Both the position numbers and the translations under genes were made by a program. A DNA stretch of 47,739 nt from Planctomycetota bacterium (lineage in GTDB: Bacteria > Planctomycetota > UBA1135 > UBA2386). The first letter of the stretch is position 1. Every line of letters starts with the position of its first letter. The notes beneath the pieces are model-generated. The model was not told the origin of the DNA. It did no database searches and saw nothing but the letters and a program-made list of their open reading frames with translations. Shown here in pieces: positions 34,977-43,697 of the stretch. The stretch is taken from positions 1 through 47,739 of the forward strand of contig JBASWX010000398.1 of assembly GCA_049276695.1 (NCBI GenBank), given 5' to 3'.

Positions 34977-36322
34977 TAGCCGATGTGCCAGTCCAGGCCG
35001 TTGCTGACGATGATCCCCGCGGGGTTCGCGCCAGGTGCGACCGTCCAACCCTGCAAGTAGATGTGCCGTTCGATCAGGCTGGCCAGAAGGGGCACCGGCA
35101 GCGCGTAGGTCGCCGTGCCTGGTCCGGTGGTTGTCGTAGGTTCTCCCAGCACCTCGGTCGACTGCAACAAGTAGCAGCCCGGCATGCCGTATCCGATGAG
35201 CGGGATCGGAAGCTGGAACGGTCCGGCGCTCGTGTTGCTCCAGCCGATCGCGACGAAGGTCAGCGGCGACGGGGCGTTGGTCAGCAGCGCCTGCGCCGTG
35301 GTGCCGATCGTCGGCGGCGCGGCCAGCTCAGGGGCGATGGTGAACACGGGGCTGCCGCACCCGGTGCCGAAGGCGGCCGCGGCGCCTACGGGATCGATCA
35401 ACTCCCAGGTTTCGCAACCGAACTGAGGGCTGTTGCTGCCGAGGAGAACGAGCCGCTTGTGCACGCTGTCGAACGCGACCGCGTTGAAAGTCAGCGCAGG
35501 TCCGACAAACGACGTCTGCACCCAGGAGGGCCCACCGGTGAACTCCCATGTCTCGAACGACCCAGTGCTCCCGTTTCTGCCGCACATCACGATCTTCCCG
35601 CGCGTGCTGTCGAATGCCATTGACCCGCCAGAGGGAACAGGTGGACCAGAATTGATCAGCGTCCAAGGCGGCCCGTTCCACTCCCAGGTCGCGTTCGGAA
35701 GAGCAGGGCTACCACCGTACATCACAGTGCGCTGCCGGAGGCTGTCGTAGGCCATTCCGCCGGCGCCGAAGTTCGGGGGCCAATAGTAGGACAGGCTCGT
35801 CCACACGGTTCCGTTCCACTCCCAGGTGTCATACGCGGCGCTGCCGCCGTAGAGGACCGTGCGGTCACGATGGCTGTCGTAGGCCATGAAGTGGCCCGCG
35901 CGAGGGGATGGTCCAAAGCCAGTGGCAGCGACTTCGGTCCAGGTGACGCCGTCCCACTCCCAGGTGTCGCCGGCGAGAGCGCCGGACGACGTGTTCAGAG
36001 CGCCGCCGAACAGAACAATGCGCTGGCGCTGGCTGTCGAAGACCATTCGGTGGCCGCTTCTCGCCGCTGGACCGGCGGTTGGCGACACGTTCACCCAGGC
36101 CCCGTTGATCAACTCCCAGGTGTCCGCGAACGAGGGACTGAAGAAGCCACTGGCGCCGCCAAATAGAACCGTGCGCGCCCTGGTGCTGTCGAAGGCAATC
36201 GCATGGGCCATCCGTCCGGGCGGCCCGGCTGTGGACAACTGGCTCCAGTACTGCCCTGCGGCCGCAGCCTGTAGCCCACCGACCACGAATAGCACTCGCA
36301 CAGACCGCGTCGTCAATCGCAT
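34973..36322 (-). CDS. Secreted Kelch-repeat beta-propeller protein
   Basis: The signal peptide is MRLTTRSVRVLFVVGGLQAAAA. Units of the form HxMxFDSxRxRxVLFGG....DTWEW recur about six times. A C-terminal beta-rich module is shared with the secreted proteins at 41919-45281. Confidence 0.8.
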   Translation of the reverse strand: MRLTTRSVRVLFVVGGLQAAAAGQYWSQLSTAGPPGRMAHAIAFDSTRARTVLFGGASGFFSPSFADTWELINGAWVNVSPTAGPAARSGHRMVFDSQRQRIVLFGGALNTSSGALAGDTWEWDGVTWTEVAATGFGPSPRAGHFMAYDSHRDRTVLYGGSAAYDTWEWNGTVWTSLSYYWPPNFGAGGMAYDSLRQRTVMYGGSPALPNATWEWNGPPWTLINSGPPVPSGGSMAFDSTRGKIVMCGRNGSTGSFETWEFTGGPSWVQTSFVGPALTFNAVAFDSVHKRLVLLGSNSPQFGCETWELIDPVGAAAAFGTGCGSPVFTIAPELAAPPTIGTTAQALLTNAPSPLTFVAIGWSNTSAGPFQLPIPLIGYGMPGCYLLQSTEVLGEPTTTTGPGTATYALPVPLLASLIERHIYLQGWTVAPGANPAGIIVSNGLDWHIGY

Positions 36323-36400
36323 GGGCCTCCGTTCAGCTGCTGAGACCCATCGACAGTAGGCGCGACTTGCCGGCCTGTCTAGGTAGGTGTGACTTCTAGT

Positions 36401-36419
36401 CCGTAGACCCTTCGTCTAC
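36401..36419. promoter_or_regulatory. Inverted repeat (candidate operator) upstream of the XRE gene
   Basis: CGTAGAC-ccttc-GTCTACG is a perfect 7-bp inverted repeat ending 20 nt before the GTG at 36440. Additional GTCTA/TAGTC half-site-like copies lie at 36376-36400. Confidence 0.3.
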
Positions 36420-36439
36420 GCATCGAGACCCTGGCCCCC

Positions 36440-36679
36440 GTGAAGCCCAGGGCCCCCGAAGTCCGAGCCTTCCTGCGAAGGTTCGGTGCGGCCGTCCGCA
36501 CGCAGCGGGAAGCCCGGGGCCTGTCCCAGGAAGACCTCGGCTTCGAGGCGGACCTGGACCGAACCTACGTTTCGGGCGTGGAGCGCGGCGTTCGGAACCC
36601 GACCGTGCTCACGATCTTCGCGCTGGCGAAGGCACTGAGGGTGAGGGCTGGCAGGCTGGTGGCCGCGGCTGAGGGGTGA
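36440..36679 (+). CDS. XRE-family helix-turn-helix transcriptional regulator
   Basis: VRTQREARGLSQEDLGFEADLDRTYVSGVERGVRNPTVLTIFALAKAL is a canonical Cro/C1-type HTH. Confidence 0.8.
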   Translation: MKPRAPEVRAFLRRFGAAVRTQREARGLSQEDLGFEADLDRTYVSGVERGVRNPTVLTIFALAKALRVRAGRLVAAAEG

Positions 36680-37032
36680 TGATCCCGCGCAAGCCTCGTT
36701 GGATGGACAACGCGTTGATCGTCGACCGCTTGGGCTTCGGGTCACCACGGCGAGCGCCGCCCACTATCCTGGCCAGGGTGAAGTGGCTTCCCGAGGAACA
36801 GCCGCAGACCGAGCACGAACCGAACGACATGAGGCGCGTGCTCAGCATCGAAACGATCTGGCTGGTTGCCGCGGTCGGTGCTCGCGCTGCGCCTGCCATT
36901 CATCGCGGTCGCCCGGTTGGTCGAGCGAGGTGCCATCACCGTATGGCGGTGGCAGCGATGAGCGGCAACGACCTTTCGCGCGCACTGAGCGGCGTGCTTC
37001 GTCGCCGGCGTCGCGCTGACCCGGTGCTCTGA
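36676..37032 (+). CDS. Questionable small ORF (118 aa)
   Basis: The start overlaps the XRE stop (GTGATGA) and the first half has high GC3. The second half has poorer GC3, and there are no motifs. Confidence 0.3.
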   Translation: MMIPRKPRWMDNALIVDRLGFGSPRRAPPTILARVKWLPEEQPQTEHEPNDMRRVLSIETIWLVAAVGARAAPAIHRGRPVGRARCHHRMAVAAMSGNDLSRALSGVLRRRRRADPVL

Positions 37033-37035
37033 TTC

Positions 37036-38013
37036 ATGAGCAAGAACGTCGCGTGCCCGATTTGCCGCGGTGCCGCCGGGGCTGGCCAATGGGCGGACCG
37101 CGGCGAGTGGTTCGAGTGCGCGCGCTGCGGCAAGTATCTGATGACCTTCGATCTGTCCGACGACCTGCGGATGATGGATCCGAAACCGCCTTGGTGGTTT
37201 CGGTTGTCGGCGTGGGTTCGCGAGCGGTGCGATCTCGGCGAGCGCTACTTCGACATCAGCGGCAACCTTGCGGAGGTCGAGGCCTCGCTGCCGACGCGCA
37301 CGTTCACCGAGCAGTTGGACTTGTTGTTGCGGTTGATCGAACGGGAGACCGTGTCGCTCGGTCAGGTGGCTCGCCTGGACCTCGACAAGACCGCGCCTCT
37401 GGTGTGGGCCAGGGATGGCGGCGAAGTGGTCGCGCTGCTGTCCCACCTTCGCGATCTCGAGCGCGTCGAACCCGAGCAACCGGGCGGCCAGATGGTGCGC
37501 GGTGCCGTGAGGCTCAGCACCAAGGGACTCCTTCGTCTCGAAGAACTGAGCGGGTCCACGGCGCTGAACGATCGCATCTTCGTTGCGATGTGGTTCCCGC
37601 CGAAGGGCAACGACGAGCACGAGCACATGCGCGGTGCGTACCGCGATGGCATCCTGAAAGCGATCGAAGCGGCAGGCTACAAGCCCTTCCGTGTGGACGA
37701 AGAGCCGATCACAGACGATCGAATCGACGCACGCATCATGGTCAACATTCGCCGCTCCCGCGCGCTGATCGCTGACCTGACCGGCCACCGGCCGAATGTT
37801 ACGTTCGAGGCCGGGTTCGCAGCGGCCCTCGGGCGCCCGGTGCTGTGGTCAGTTCGCAAAGACTGGTTCGAGAAGGGCCTGCCCTTCGATGTCCGGCAGT
37901 TCCCTTTCCTCGTGTGGGACTCGCCTGCGCAGATCGTCAAAGAGCTGGTGCCGCGAATCCAAGACCGCCTCGGAATCCGCAGTGGCCCCGGTGCGCGAGG
38001 TGCGGGACAGTGA
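37036..38013 (+). CDS. Zn-ribbon / winged-helix-like / nucleoside 2-deoxyribosyltransferase-like (TIR-like fold) protein
   Basis: The N-terminal Zn-ribbon is CPICRG...x17...CARCGKY. The C-terminal domain IFVAMWF...YRDGILKAIEAAGYKPFRVD...IDARIMVNIRRSRALIADLTGHRPNVTFEAGFAAALGRPVL matches the Rossmann-like NDT/TIR-like pattern (.NV..E.G.A.alG.PV). Confidence 0.75.
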   Translation: MSKNVACPICRGAAGAGQWADRGEWFECARCGKYLMTFDLSDDLRMMDPKPPWWFRLSAWVRERCDLGERYFDISGNLAEVEASLPTRTFTEQLDLLLRLIERETVSLGQVARLDLDKTAPLVWARDGGEVVALLSHLRDLERVEPEQPGGQMVRGAVRLSTKGLLRLEELSGSTALNDRIFVAMWFPPKGNDEHEHMRGAYRDGILKAIEAAGYKPFRVDEEPITDDRIDARIMVNIRRSRALIADLTGHRPNVTFEAGFAAALGRPVLWSVRKDWFEKGLPFDVRQFPFLVWDSPAQIVKELVPRIQDRLGIRSGPGARGAGQ

Positions 38014-38146
38014 GGTTCGCAACGTCAGCAACCCGCGGTAGCGCGGCCAGCGGCGCGGGCCGCGGGTCACTCGCCCCGCTGTGGTGGCTGGCGATCGCGG
38101 GCGGCGGCGTTGAAGTCGTCGTTGGGTTCCCGCTCGCGAGGGCGCA

Positions 38147-38884
38147 GTGGTGACGTCGCCCTCGAAGTTGAAGCCGTGGTGGAGGACGACGCTAGGCATG
38201 GGCTCGCTCTTTGCACTCGGGGCCCTTGCCGCCGTCGTTGCAATTGTCCTCTTGCTCCGGTGGCGCTACGGACCGACCGGCGCTCATGACGTGGCAGAGA
38301 CGTTCGGCGGCGTGGGATCCCTGGTCGCGACCGCATTCGTCGCGCTCACGCTGTTCCTGCAGAGCCGCGAACTGCGGTTGCAGCGGCGTGAGCTCGAACT
38401 TCAGCGCGAGGAGATGCAGGACACGCGTGGCGTGCTGGCAGAGCAGTCGGCCGAGTTCCGACGGCAGAGCGATCTGATGGCCCGCGGGCTCGCCAAGGAC
38501 ATCCCTCGCTTGGCAGCTGACTTTGCCGTCCGAGACTACGTGGGTGGTGGCGATAGCACCTACACGGTTCGCGTGCGGAACATCGGCGATGCATCGATCC
38601 GCGAAGTGACGGCGCGAATCCAGGGAGGCGAGGCGAGGAACGAAAGAACCCAGAGCGAGCCCCACCTCGCTCCTGGCAACAGCCTCACGCTGTTCACCGT
38701 TTCAGCGCGCGTCAGCGCGCGCGATGCGCTTGCGATGGCGAAGCAGGGTGCTTCCCGAGCTGTCCTCAAGTTCAAGGACACCACCGGTGTACCGCACAGG
38801 TGGACGATCGAGATCTCGGCTCTGGCAGACGGGGCGAAGGTCTATTACCCGCCCTCGAATGAAGGCGACGCTCGTGTCCCATGA
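38147..38884 (+). CDS. 2-TM membrane protein with coiled coil and beta-rich C-terminal domain
   Basis: The TM helices are LGMGSLFALGALAAVVAIVLLL and FGGVGSLVATAFVALTLFL. They are followed by the heptad-like LQSRELRLQRRELELQREEMQ. The start is uncertain (GTG 38147 or ATG about 38198). Confidence 0.65.
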   Translation: MVTSPSKLKPWWRTTLGMGSLFALGALAAVVAIVLLLRWRYGPTGAHDVAETFGGVGSLVATAFVALTLFLQSRELRLQRRELELQREEMQDTRGVLAEQSAEFRRQSDLMARGLAKDIPRLAADFAVRDYVGGGDSTYTVRVRNIGDASIREVTARIQGGEARNERTQSEPHLAPGNSLTLFTVSARVSARDALAMAKQGASRAVLKFKDTTGVPHRWTIEISALADGAKVYYPPSNEGDARVP

Positions 38885-39058
38885 CATCCTACCCGAACCT
38901 GCGCCGGCTGTACGCGATGGTCGAGGACCACCTGCCGCCGCGCGAGGCACCGAGGTCGTGCTCGCCAGGCGCCGCGCGATGCTCGCCGGCGGCGACCGCG
39001 AACCGCGCCGCGATGGCCGACCTGGGTGACCCCGGCGAGCCCACTGAATGCGTGGAGG

Positions 39059-39682
39059 TCAGAGCCCGATCCACCAGTGTGTGTCGTCGCCGATCGCGCC
39101 ACGCAGTTTGGTTACGGTCGCGGCGTGCTCGCGCACCATCTTCCGCCATGAGCCGTTCACGAACGCGCCCCGAGCGAGTCTCTGGGCAGCGGGGACGGAA
39201 TCCCTGCTGCCGATGAAGGTGCGTCGACACGCATCGCAACGCCAAGCCGCGAAGTCGTTGGGCAACGCGTTGTTGTAGATCTTCAATGCGTGCAGGTCGT
39301 CGTAGGTGGGGTTGACCATTCGCATCGGTACGGTATCGAACGGGCACCATGGCGCAGGCTCGCGCCCGTCTACTTTCCACAGGCCGCGCTCTTGCAGCAC
39401 GGCGAACTCGAACGGTGGTTCCTCGGCCCTCCCGCGCCACCAGCGAACGCCAGTGGCAACCCCGACTCCGACCAACCCAACCACCACGACCGTCGCGAAC
39501 AAGGCGATGCCGTTGGGGTACTGCGCCGTCGCGAAGGACCACGTCCAGAGATCCCCGATCCACCCGACGATCTTGGACGGCAGGTTCGCGAGCACCTCAG
39601 CCAGGACGAGGGCCAGGAGACCACCGAGCCCGACGAGGAGCTTTCGCCAACCAGTGTTCGCCCACCCTTCCGCCATGTGCAC
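39059..39682 (-). CDS. 2-TM membrane protein with Cys-containing soluble domain
   Basis: The TM helices are LLVGLGGLLALVLAEVLANL and GIALFATVVVVGLVGVGVATGV. The C-terminal part contains WCPFD ... WRCDACRRTF. Confidence 0.65.
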   Translation of the reverse strand: MHMAEGWANTGWRKLLVGLGGLLALVLAEVLANLPSKIVGWIGDLWTWSFATAQYPNGIALFATVVVVGLVGVGVATGVRWWRGRAEEPPFEFAVLQERGLWKVDGREPAPWCPFDTVPMRMVNPTYDDLHALKIYNNALPNDFAAWRCDACRRTFIGSRDSVPAAQRLARGAFVNGSWRKMVREHAATVTKLRGAIGDDTHWWIGL

Positions 39683-39868
39683 GGGATCGCGGCGGTAGGA
39701 ACTCGCCGCACCTGCTTGAGCAAGTTTCTAGCGTTCCCGATCACGCGACGAAAGGACTTGTGCGTGCCCTCGCGTTCCCGCTTGCTCCGCTCGCGATCGT
39801 CGCTATCCTCGCAACCACCGACGTTTGAACTGCTTCCGGGGCTCTCCCCGGGCTGATCGACAAGCTGA

Positions 39869-39901
39869 GGGTCGCAGGTTCGACTCCTGCAACGCCCACC
39901 A
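39869..39901 (+). other. Orphan tRNA 3'-half (variable loop, T-arm, 3' acceptor strand, discriminator, CCA); putative att core
   Basis: The sequence is GGGTC GCAGG TTCGACT CCTGC AACGCCC A CCA. It has a canonical T-stem and TTCGAnT loop plus an encoded CCA. The required 5' acceptor strand GGGCGTT and the D and anticodon arms are absent in the ~90 nt upstream. Confidence 0.6.
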
Positions 39902-40321
39902 CATTCGCCAGGCACGGGAAGGGCAACCGCTTTGGGGGTCGCGGCACCGCACATCCCTCCCGCGAATCGACGGCGGCTAGGCGACTTCCAGCGCCTGCCC
40001 TTTGCGGGCGGCAACTTCAGCGCGACGGGCCGAACGGATCGCGCGGCCGATCACGGGGGCCGCGAGGAACGAACCGACACACCAACTCACCAGCAGCGTC
40101 GCGAGCATGGGCCTCTGAGGGGTTCTGGTTCTGACCGCTACGCACATCTTCCTCACGGCGGCTCGGCCAAGTCTCCGAATTTCGGAGTTTTCCACAATCC
40201 GGTGTTGCCGGAGGCCGGTTGCCCGCAGCTAACCGCTAACGGCGCAGCGACCTTCCGTCGCTCTTCACCCTCTCCCCAGACGGTGCTTCGGCACCTGCAG
40301 GAACCCGCAGCCTCGCAGCAG

Positions 40322-41878
40322 CTACCCCTGGCCCTTGCCAAAGGCCCGGTCGACGACCGCCCGGTCCCCCTGCACTGCCGTCCGCTGCAGGTAGGGAGCG
40401 AGCCCCCGAAGCCCACCGAGTTCTTCGCCACCACCCGCCCGCCCGGGGCCCCCGTGCACCGTCGCCGGCAGCACCGCCCCCGGACCCAGAGCCTGGCCGT
40501 GCGTCTTCTCGCTGCCGAGCCAGATGCGCCCGTGCCACGGCGCGATGCCGGCCACCAGCGCTTCCACGAACGCGCGGTCGTCGCTGTAGGCACTCGCGAC
40601 CAGCCCGCCGCCGCCGCGGTTGCACAGGGCGACCGCTTCGTCGACACCGCCGCCGTAGGGCAGCACGGTGGCACACGGCCCGAACACTTCCAGCTCGTGC
40701 AGCACCGCGGCGTCGGCCGAACGCGCGCGCAGCAGCGTCGGAGTGACGAAGTAGCCCTTCGGCGCAATCGCCTGCGGCCCACCGAGCACGACTTCGCTGA
40801 CGGCCGCCAGCTTCTCGATGCCGGCGCGCACATCGCGCAGCTGTTCGGCCGAGGCGACCGGGCCCATGCGCACGTCGCCGTCCGCGGGGTTGCCTACCTT
40901 GACTGCGCGCAGCCGTTCGCCCAGCGCCTGCTCGACCTCGCCGACCTTGTCGTGCGGCACCAGGATGCGCCGCACCGCGGTGCACTTCTGCCCCGCCTTC
41001 TGCGTCATGTCGGTGGTGACATTGGCGAGGAACTGCTCGAAGGTGTCGCTGCCCGCCTCGACGTCGGGCCCGAGCACCGCGGGGTTGATCGAGTCGGCCT
41101 CGATGTTCACCCGCACGTTGCGCGCGACCAGGTTCTTGTTGCCGCGGATCAAGGCGCCGGTGACCGAGCTGCCGGTGAACGCGACCGCGTCCATCGGCCC
41201 GAGCAAGTCGAGCAGGCCGGCGACCGAGCCAGCGAGGAACTGGAACGCGCCCTCGGGCAGGATCCTGCTGTCGACCACGATCTGCGCGATGCGGTGCGCA
41301 AGCAGCGCGCTCGGCGTGCCCGCCTTCTCGATCACCGGCACGCCGGCGAGCAGCGCGCACGCCATCTTCTCGCCCATGCCCCAGGCCGGGAAGTTGAAGG
41401 CGTTGATGTGCACGGCGACGCCGGGCCGCGACGTGAGGATGTGCTGACCCCAGAAGCGCGGCGTGCGGCCGAGCTGGGCGCCGTCGCCGTCGACCAGGTG
41501 GCGCGTCGCCGGCAGCGAGGCGCCGAGCTGGGCGTAGAAGGCGAGCGTGCCAGTGCAGCCGTCGAGGTCGAACTTGCCGTCGCCGCGCGTGTTGCCGCCG
41601 TTCTTCGTCGCGATGTCCAGCAGTTCGTCGCGGTGTTCGTGCAGTTTCGCCGCGAGCGCCTTCAGCAGTTCGCCGCGCTGCGGGAACGTCAGCGCGCGCA
41701 GCGCCGGTCCGCCGACGTCGCGCGCGTGCGCGAGCGTGGCGGCGAAGTCGATGCCGAAGGCGCGCACTTCGCCGAGCACGGCCTCGGTCGCAGGATCATG
41801 GAGGGACTTCGCGTCGCCGGTGCCGGCGATCCAACGGCCTTGGACGTGGCTCTGCAGCGTGATCATCGGGGCGAGCAC
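40322..41878 (-). CDS. NAD(P)-dependent aldehyde dehydrogenase, PaaZ-N/BoxD-like (3,4-dehydroadipyl-CoA semialdehyde dehydrogenase family)
   Basis: Full-length ALDH fold with [15 protein letters not shown], catalytic Glu in NIEADSINP and catalytic Cys in [10 protein letters not shown]. The N-terminus LQSHVQGRW is typical of the PaaZ/BoxD subgroup. Confidence 0.85.
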   Translation of the reverse strand: MLAPMITLQSHVQGRWIAGTGDAKSLHDPATEAVLGEVRAFGIDFAATLAHARDVGGPALRALTFPQRGELLKALAAKLHEHRDELLDIATKNGGNTRGDGKFDLDGCTGTLAFYAQLGASLPATRHLVDGDGAQLGRTPRFWGQHILTSRPGVAVHINAFNFPAWGMGEKMACALLAGVPVIEKAGTPSALLAHRIAQIVVDSRILPEGAFQFLAGSVAGLLDLLGPMDAVAFTGSSVTGALIRGNKNLVARNVRVNIEADSINPAVLGPDVEAGSDTFEQFLANVTTDMTQKAGQKCTAVRRILVPHDKVGEVEQALGERLRAVKVGNPADGDVRMGPVASAEQLRDVRAGIEKLAAVSEVVLGGPQAIAPKGYFVTPTLLRARSADAAVLHELEVFGPCATVLPYGGGVDEAVALCNRGGGGLVASAYSDDRAFVEALVAGIAPWHGRIWLGSEKTHGQALGPGAVLPATVHGGPGRAGGGEELGGLRGLAPYLQRTAVQGDRAVVDRAFGKGQG

Positions 41879-41918
41879 GATACCGACGCTGCGGTCCGGA
41901 TTCAGCGGCGCGCGGCGG

Positions 41919-43598
41919 TCACGGCCACAGCGTCATTTGCTTGCTGTCGCCGACGCAGGCCGGCGTGCCGCCCGCGGTCGTGCTCAGGAACGACCACCAG
42001 ATCGGCAGCCCGGCGAGGAACTGCAGGATCACCGGCGGGATCGTCAGCACCGCGGTGGCGTGCCCGTTCGCATCGAGGTTGCCAAGGCCATTGGCGAGGA
42101 TGCCGCCGGTCGGGTCGGATGCGAACAGCATCGTGACGCCGTCGACGTTGAGCGGCACCGGGAAGCCGGGCTGCCACAGGAAGCCCGGGGCCGTGCCCGA
42201 GATGCCCGCGATGGCGAGGTAGACGTTGCCGGCGGCGGCGCTGCCGGCGTCGATGTGGATCTGGACCTGCCCGCCGAGGCTGGTGCTGACGAACGGCGGC
42301 AACAGCGTGACCGCGGAGCCCGCGGCGTAGCGGCGGCGCGTCGTGCTGACGTGGTTGTTGCTGTCCTTCACCTGCATCGTGGTGGTCCAACTCCCGGGAT
42401 GGCGCGCGAGCAGCGACGCCGGCGCGTTCAGCAGCCACGGCGTGTCGAAGATCGCGTCGCCGTCGCGGTCGAAGCGCACCAGCAGCGAGGTCGCTGGCTG
42501 GTCGACGTCGGTGGTGCCGGTCGGGTCGCAGGCCGCGGTCAGGCGCGGCGAGACCGCGGTGAACACGGGCTTCGGCCAGTTGCAGCCGGGCACCGCGTAC
42601 TGCTGCATCTCGAGCCACCAGGTCGGATTGTTGACCAGGAACTGGTAGCGGAAGGCCTGGTAGCCGTCGCCGCCGCCGAGCAGCGCGCCGGTGATCGACG
42701 CATCGATCGTCTGCGCCGTCGTCGTCTCGCCTTCGCCGGAGTAGGTCTTGATCGTCGGTTGCACGCGCTTCTGCGCCTGACCGGCGTTCACGCACGCCTG
42801 GCGCGCGTACTCGGCGGTCTTGCGCACGTAGGCCTGGTGCAGCGCGTAGGTGTTGTAGATCGAGCCGTCGGCGGTGTAGGCCATCGGCATCAGCACGTCG
42901 AGGATGCCGGCGAGCTGTTCCCAGTGCTGGCCGAACTGCGTCTGCAGCTGGCCCATCGTCGACGCGTACGAGTTGAACACGCCGTTGTAGGTCGGCCCGT
43001 CGAACGAGTAGCGGTTGGCGATCAGGTAGGCGTGCAGCGACAGGCTGCCGACGTGCTGGCGCACCGACGCGACGAAGTTGGTGACGTTGGCGACGCTGAC
43101 CGAGGTGCCGCCGACGTAGCGCACGTAGTCCAGCGCGATGCCGTCGAGGTCGTAGACCGGCTGGCCGTTGCCCAGGAAGGCGTCGACGAAGTAGTCGATG
43201 ACGTCGAGCAGGTACTGCTTGTGGGCCGCGTTGTCCGGCTGCACGGTGTCGGCGAAGCACTTCAGCACCGCGACCACCCGCAGGTTGGCGGCGTGGCAGG
43301 CGGTGATCAGGTTCTGCAGGTTGATCCCGGCACCACCGGGCCGGATCGGTCCCCACGCCAGGTTCCAGTCGCCGGCGCTGTCGTTGACCCACAGGTCGCC
43401 GGTCGACGGCCCGGTGGCGCGGAACGCCGAGACGTAGAGCGTGTCGATCCCGTACGTCTGGCAGTTGCCGACGATCTCGGCGATGCGCGGATCCATGTTG
43501 CCGACCAGGAACGGGAACACGCCGACGGCGACGTCGGTCGACGGACTCTGGGCGGCGAGGCTGCCGGCGAGCAGCAACGAGCAGAGGGCATTGCGCAT
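41919..43598 (-). CDS. Secreted glycoside-hydrolase-like TIM-barrel protein (GHL10/DUF187-like) with C-terminal beta module
   Basis: The signal peptide is MRNALCSLLLAGSLAAQ. LDGIALDYVRY and LDVLMPMAY resemble the GHL10 family. I prefer the start at the ATG at 43598 because the rest of the 1104-aa track ORF is antisense to the gene at 43698. Confidence 0.7.
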   Translation of the reverse strand: MRNALCSLLLAGSLAAQSPSTDVAVGVFPFLVGNMDPRIAEIVGNCQTYGIDTLYVSAFRATGPSTGDLWVNDSAGDWNLAWGPIRPGGAGINLQNLITACHAANLRVVAVLKCFADTVQPDNAAHKQYLLDVIDYFVDAFLGNGQPVYDLDGIALDYVRYVGGTSVSVANVTNFVASVRQHVGSLSLHAYLIANRYSFDGPTYNGVFNSYASTMGQLQTQFGQHWEQLAGILDVLMPMAYTADGSIYNTYALHQAYVRKTAEYARQACVNAGQAQKRVQPTIKTYSGEGETTTAQTIDASITGALLGGGDGYQAFRYQFLVNNPTWWLEMQQYAVPGCNWPKPVFTAVSPRLTAACDPTGTTDVDQPATSLLVRFDRDGDAIFDTPWLLNAPASLLARHPGSWTTTMQVKDSNNHVSTTRRRYAAGSAVTLLPPFVSTSLGGQVQIHIDAGSAAAGNVYLAIAGISGTAPGFLWQPGFPVPLNVDGVTMLFASDPTGGILANGLGNLDANGHATAVLTIPPVILQFLAGLPIWWSFLSTTAGGTPACVGDSKQMTLWP

Positions 43599-43697
43599 GA
43601 GCGGACGCAGTGTGCACGGTGGCCGCAGTGCTGTCACGGCCCCCCTGGTGCGCGGTCGGGCGATTCCTATCCTGGGCCCTCCCCCGCGAACCCCACC

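Larger units (their letters stand above)
6374..39901. mobile_element. Genomic (defence) island bounded by an integrase and a tRNA 3'-half fragment
   Basis: An integrase sits at the left edge and an orphan tRNA T-arm/acceptor/CCA at the right edge. The content is BREX type 2, a viperin and further defence-like cargo, and housekeeping genes resume after 40.3 kb. No matching att copy was found at the left end. Confidence 0.5.

Noticed and set aside
36742-37788. 348-aa minus-strand ORF
   Set aside because: It is antisense to the Zn-ribbon/NDT-like gene, which has clear domain signatures, and it has no motifs of its own.
39812-39901. Possible intact tRNA or tmRNA gene ending at the CCA at 39899-39901
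   Set aside because: The upstream 90 nt contain no GGGCGTT 5' acceptor strand, no D-arm and no canonical anticodon arm. The acceptor strand lacks the G3:U70 pair expected for tmRNA/tRNA-Ala, and no tag-peptide-like reading frame is visible. I kept it only as a 3'-half fragment.
39977-40108. 43-aa minus-strand ORF (MLATLLVSWCVGSFLAAPVIGRAIRSARR...) that could be a small membrane protein
   Set aside because: It has only one hydrophobic helix, is very short and has no comparative support, so I did not report it as a feature.
39932-43697. Long plus-strand ORFs (39932-42136 and the first 2.1 kb of 41547-45281), and the minus-strand ORFs 41902-43617 and 43599-45233
   Set aside because: They are antisense to, or out of frame with, the ALDH, GHL10-like and secreted-protein genes, all of which have signal peptides or catalytic motifs. 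Their translations are Arg-rich junk.
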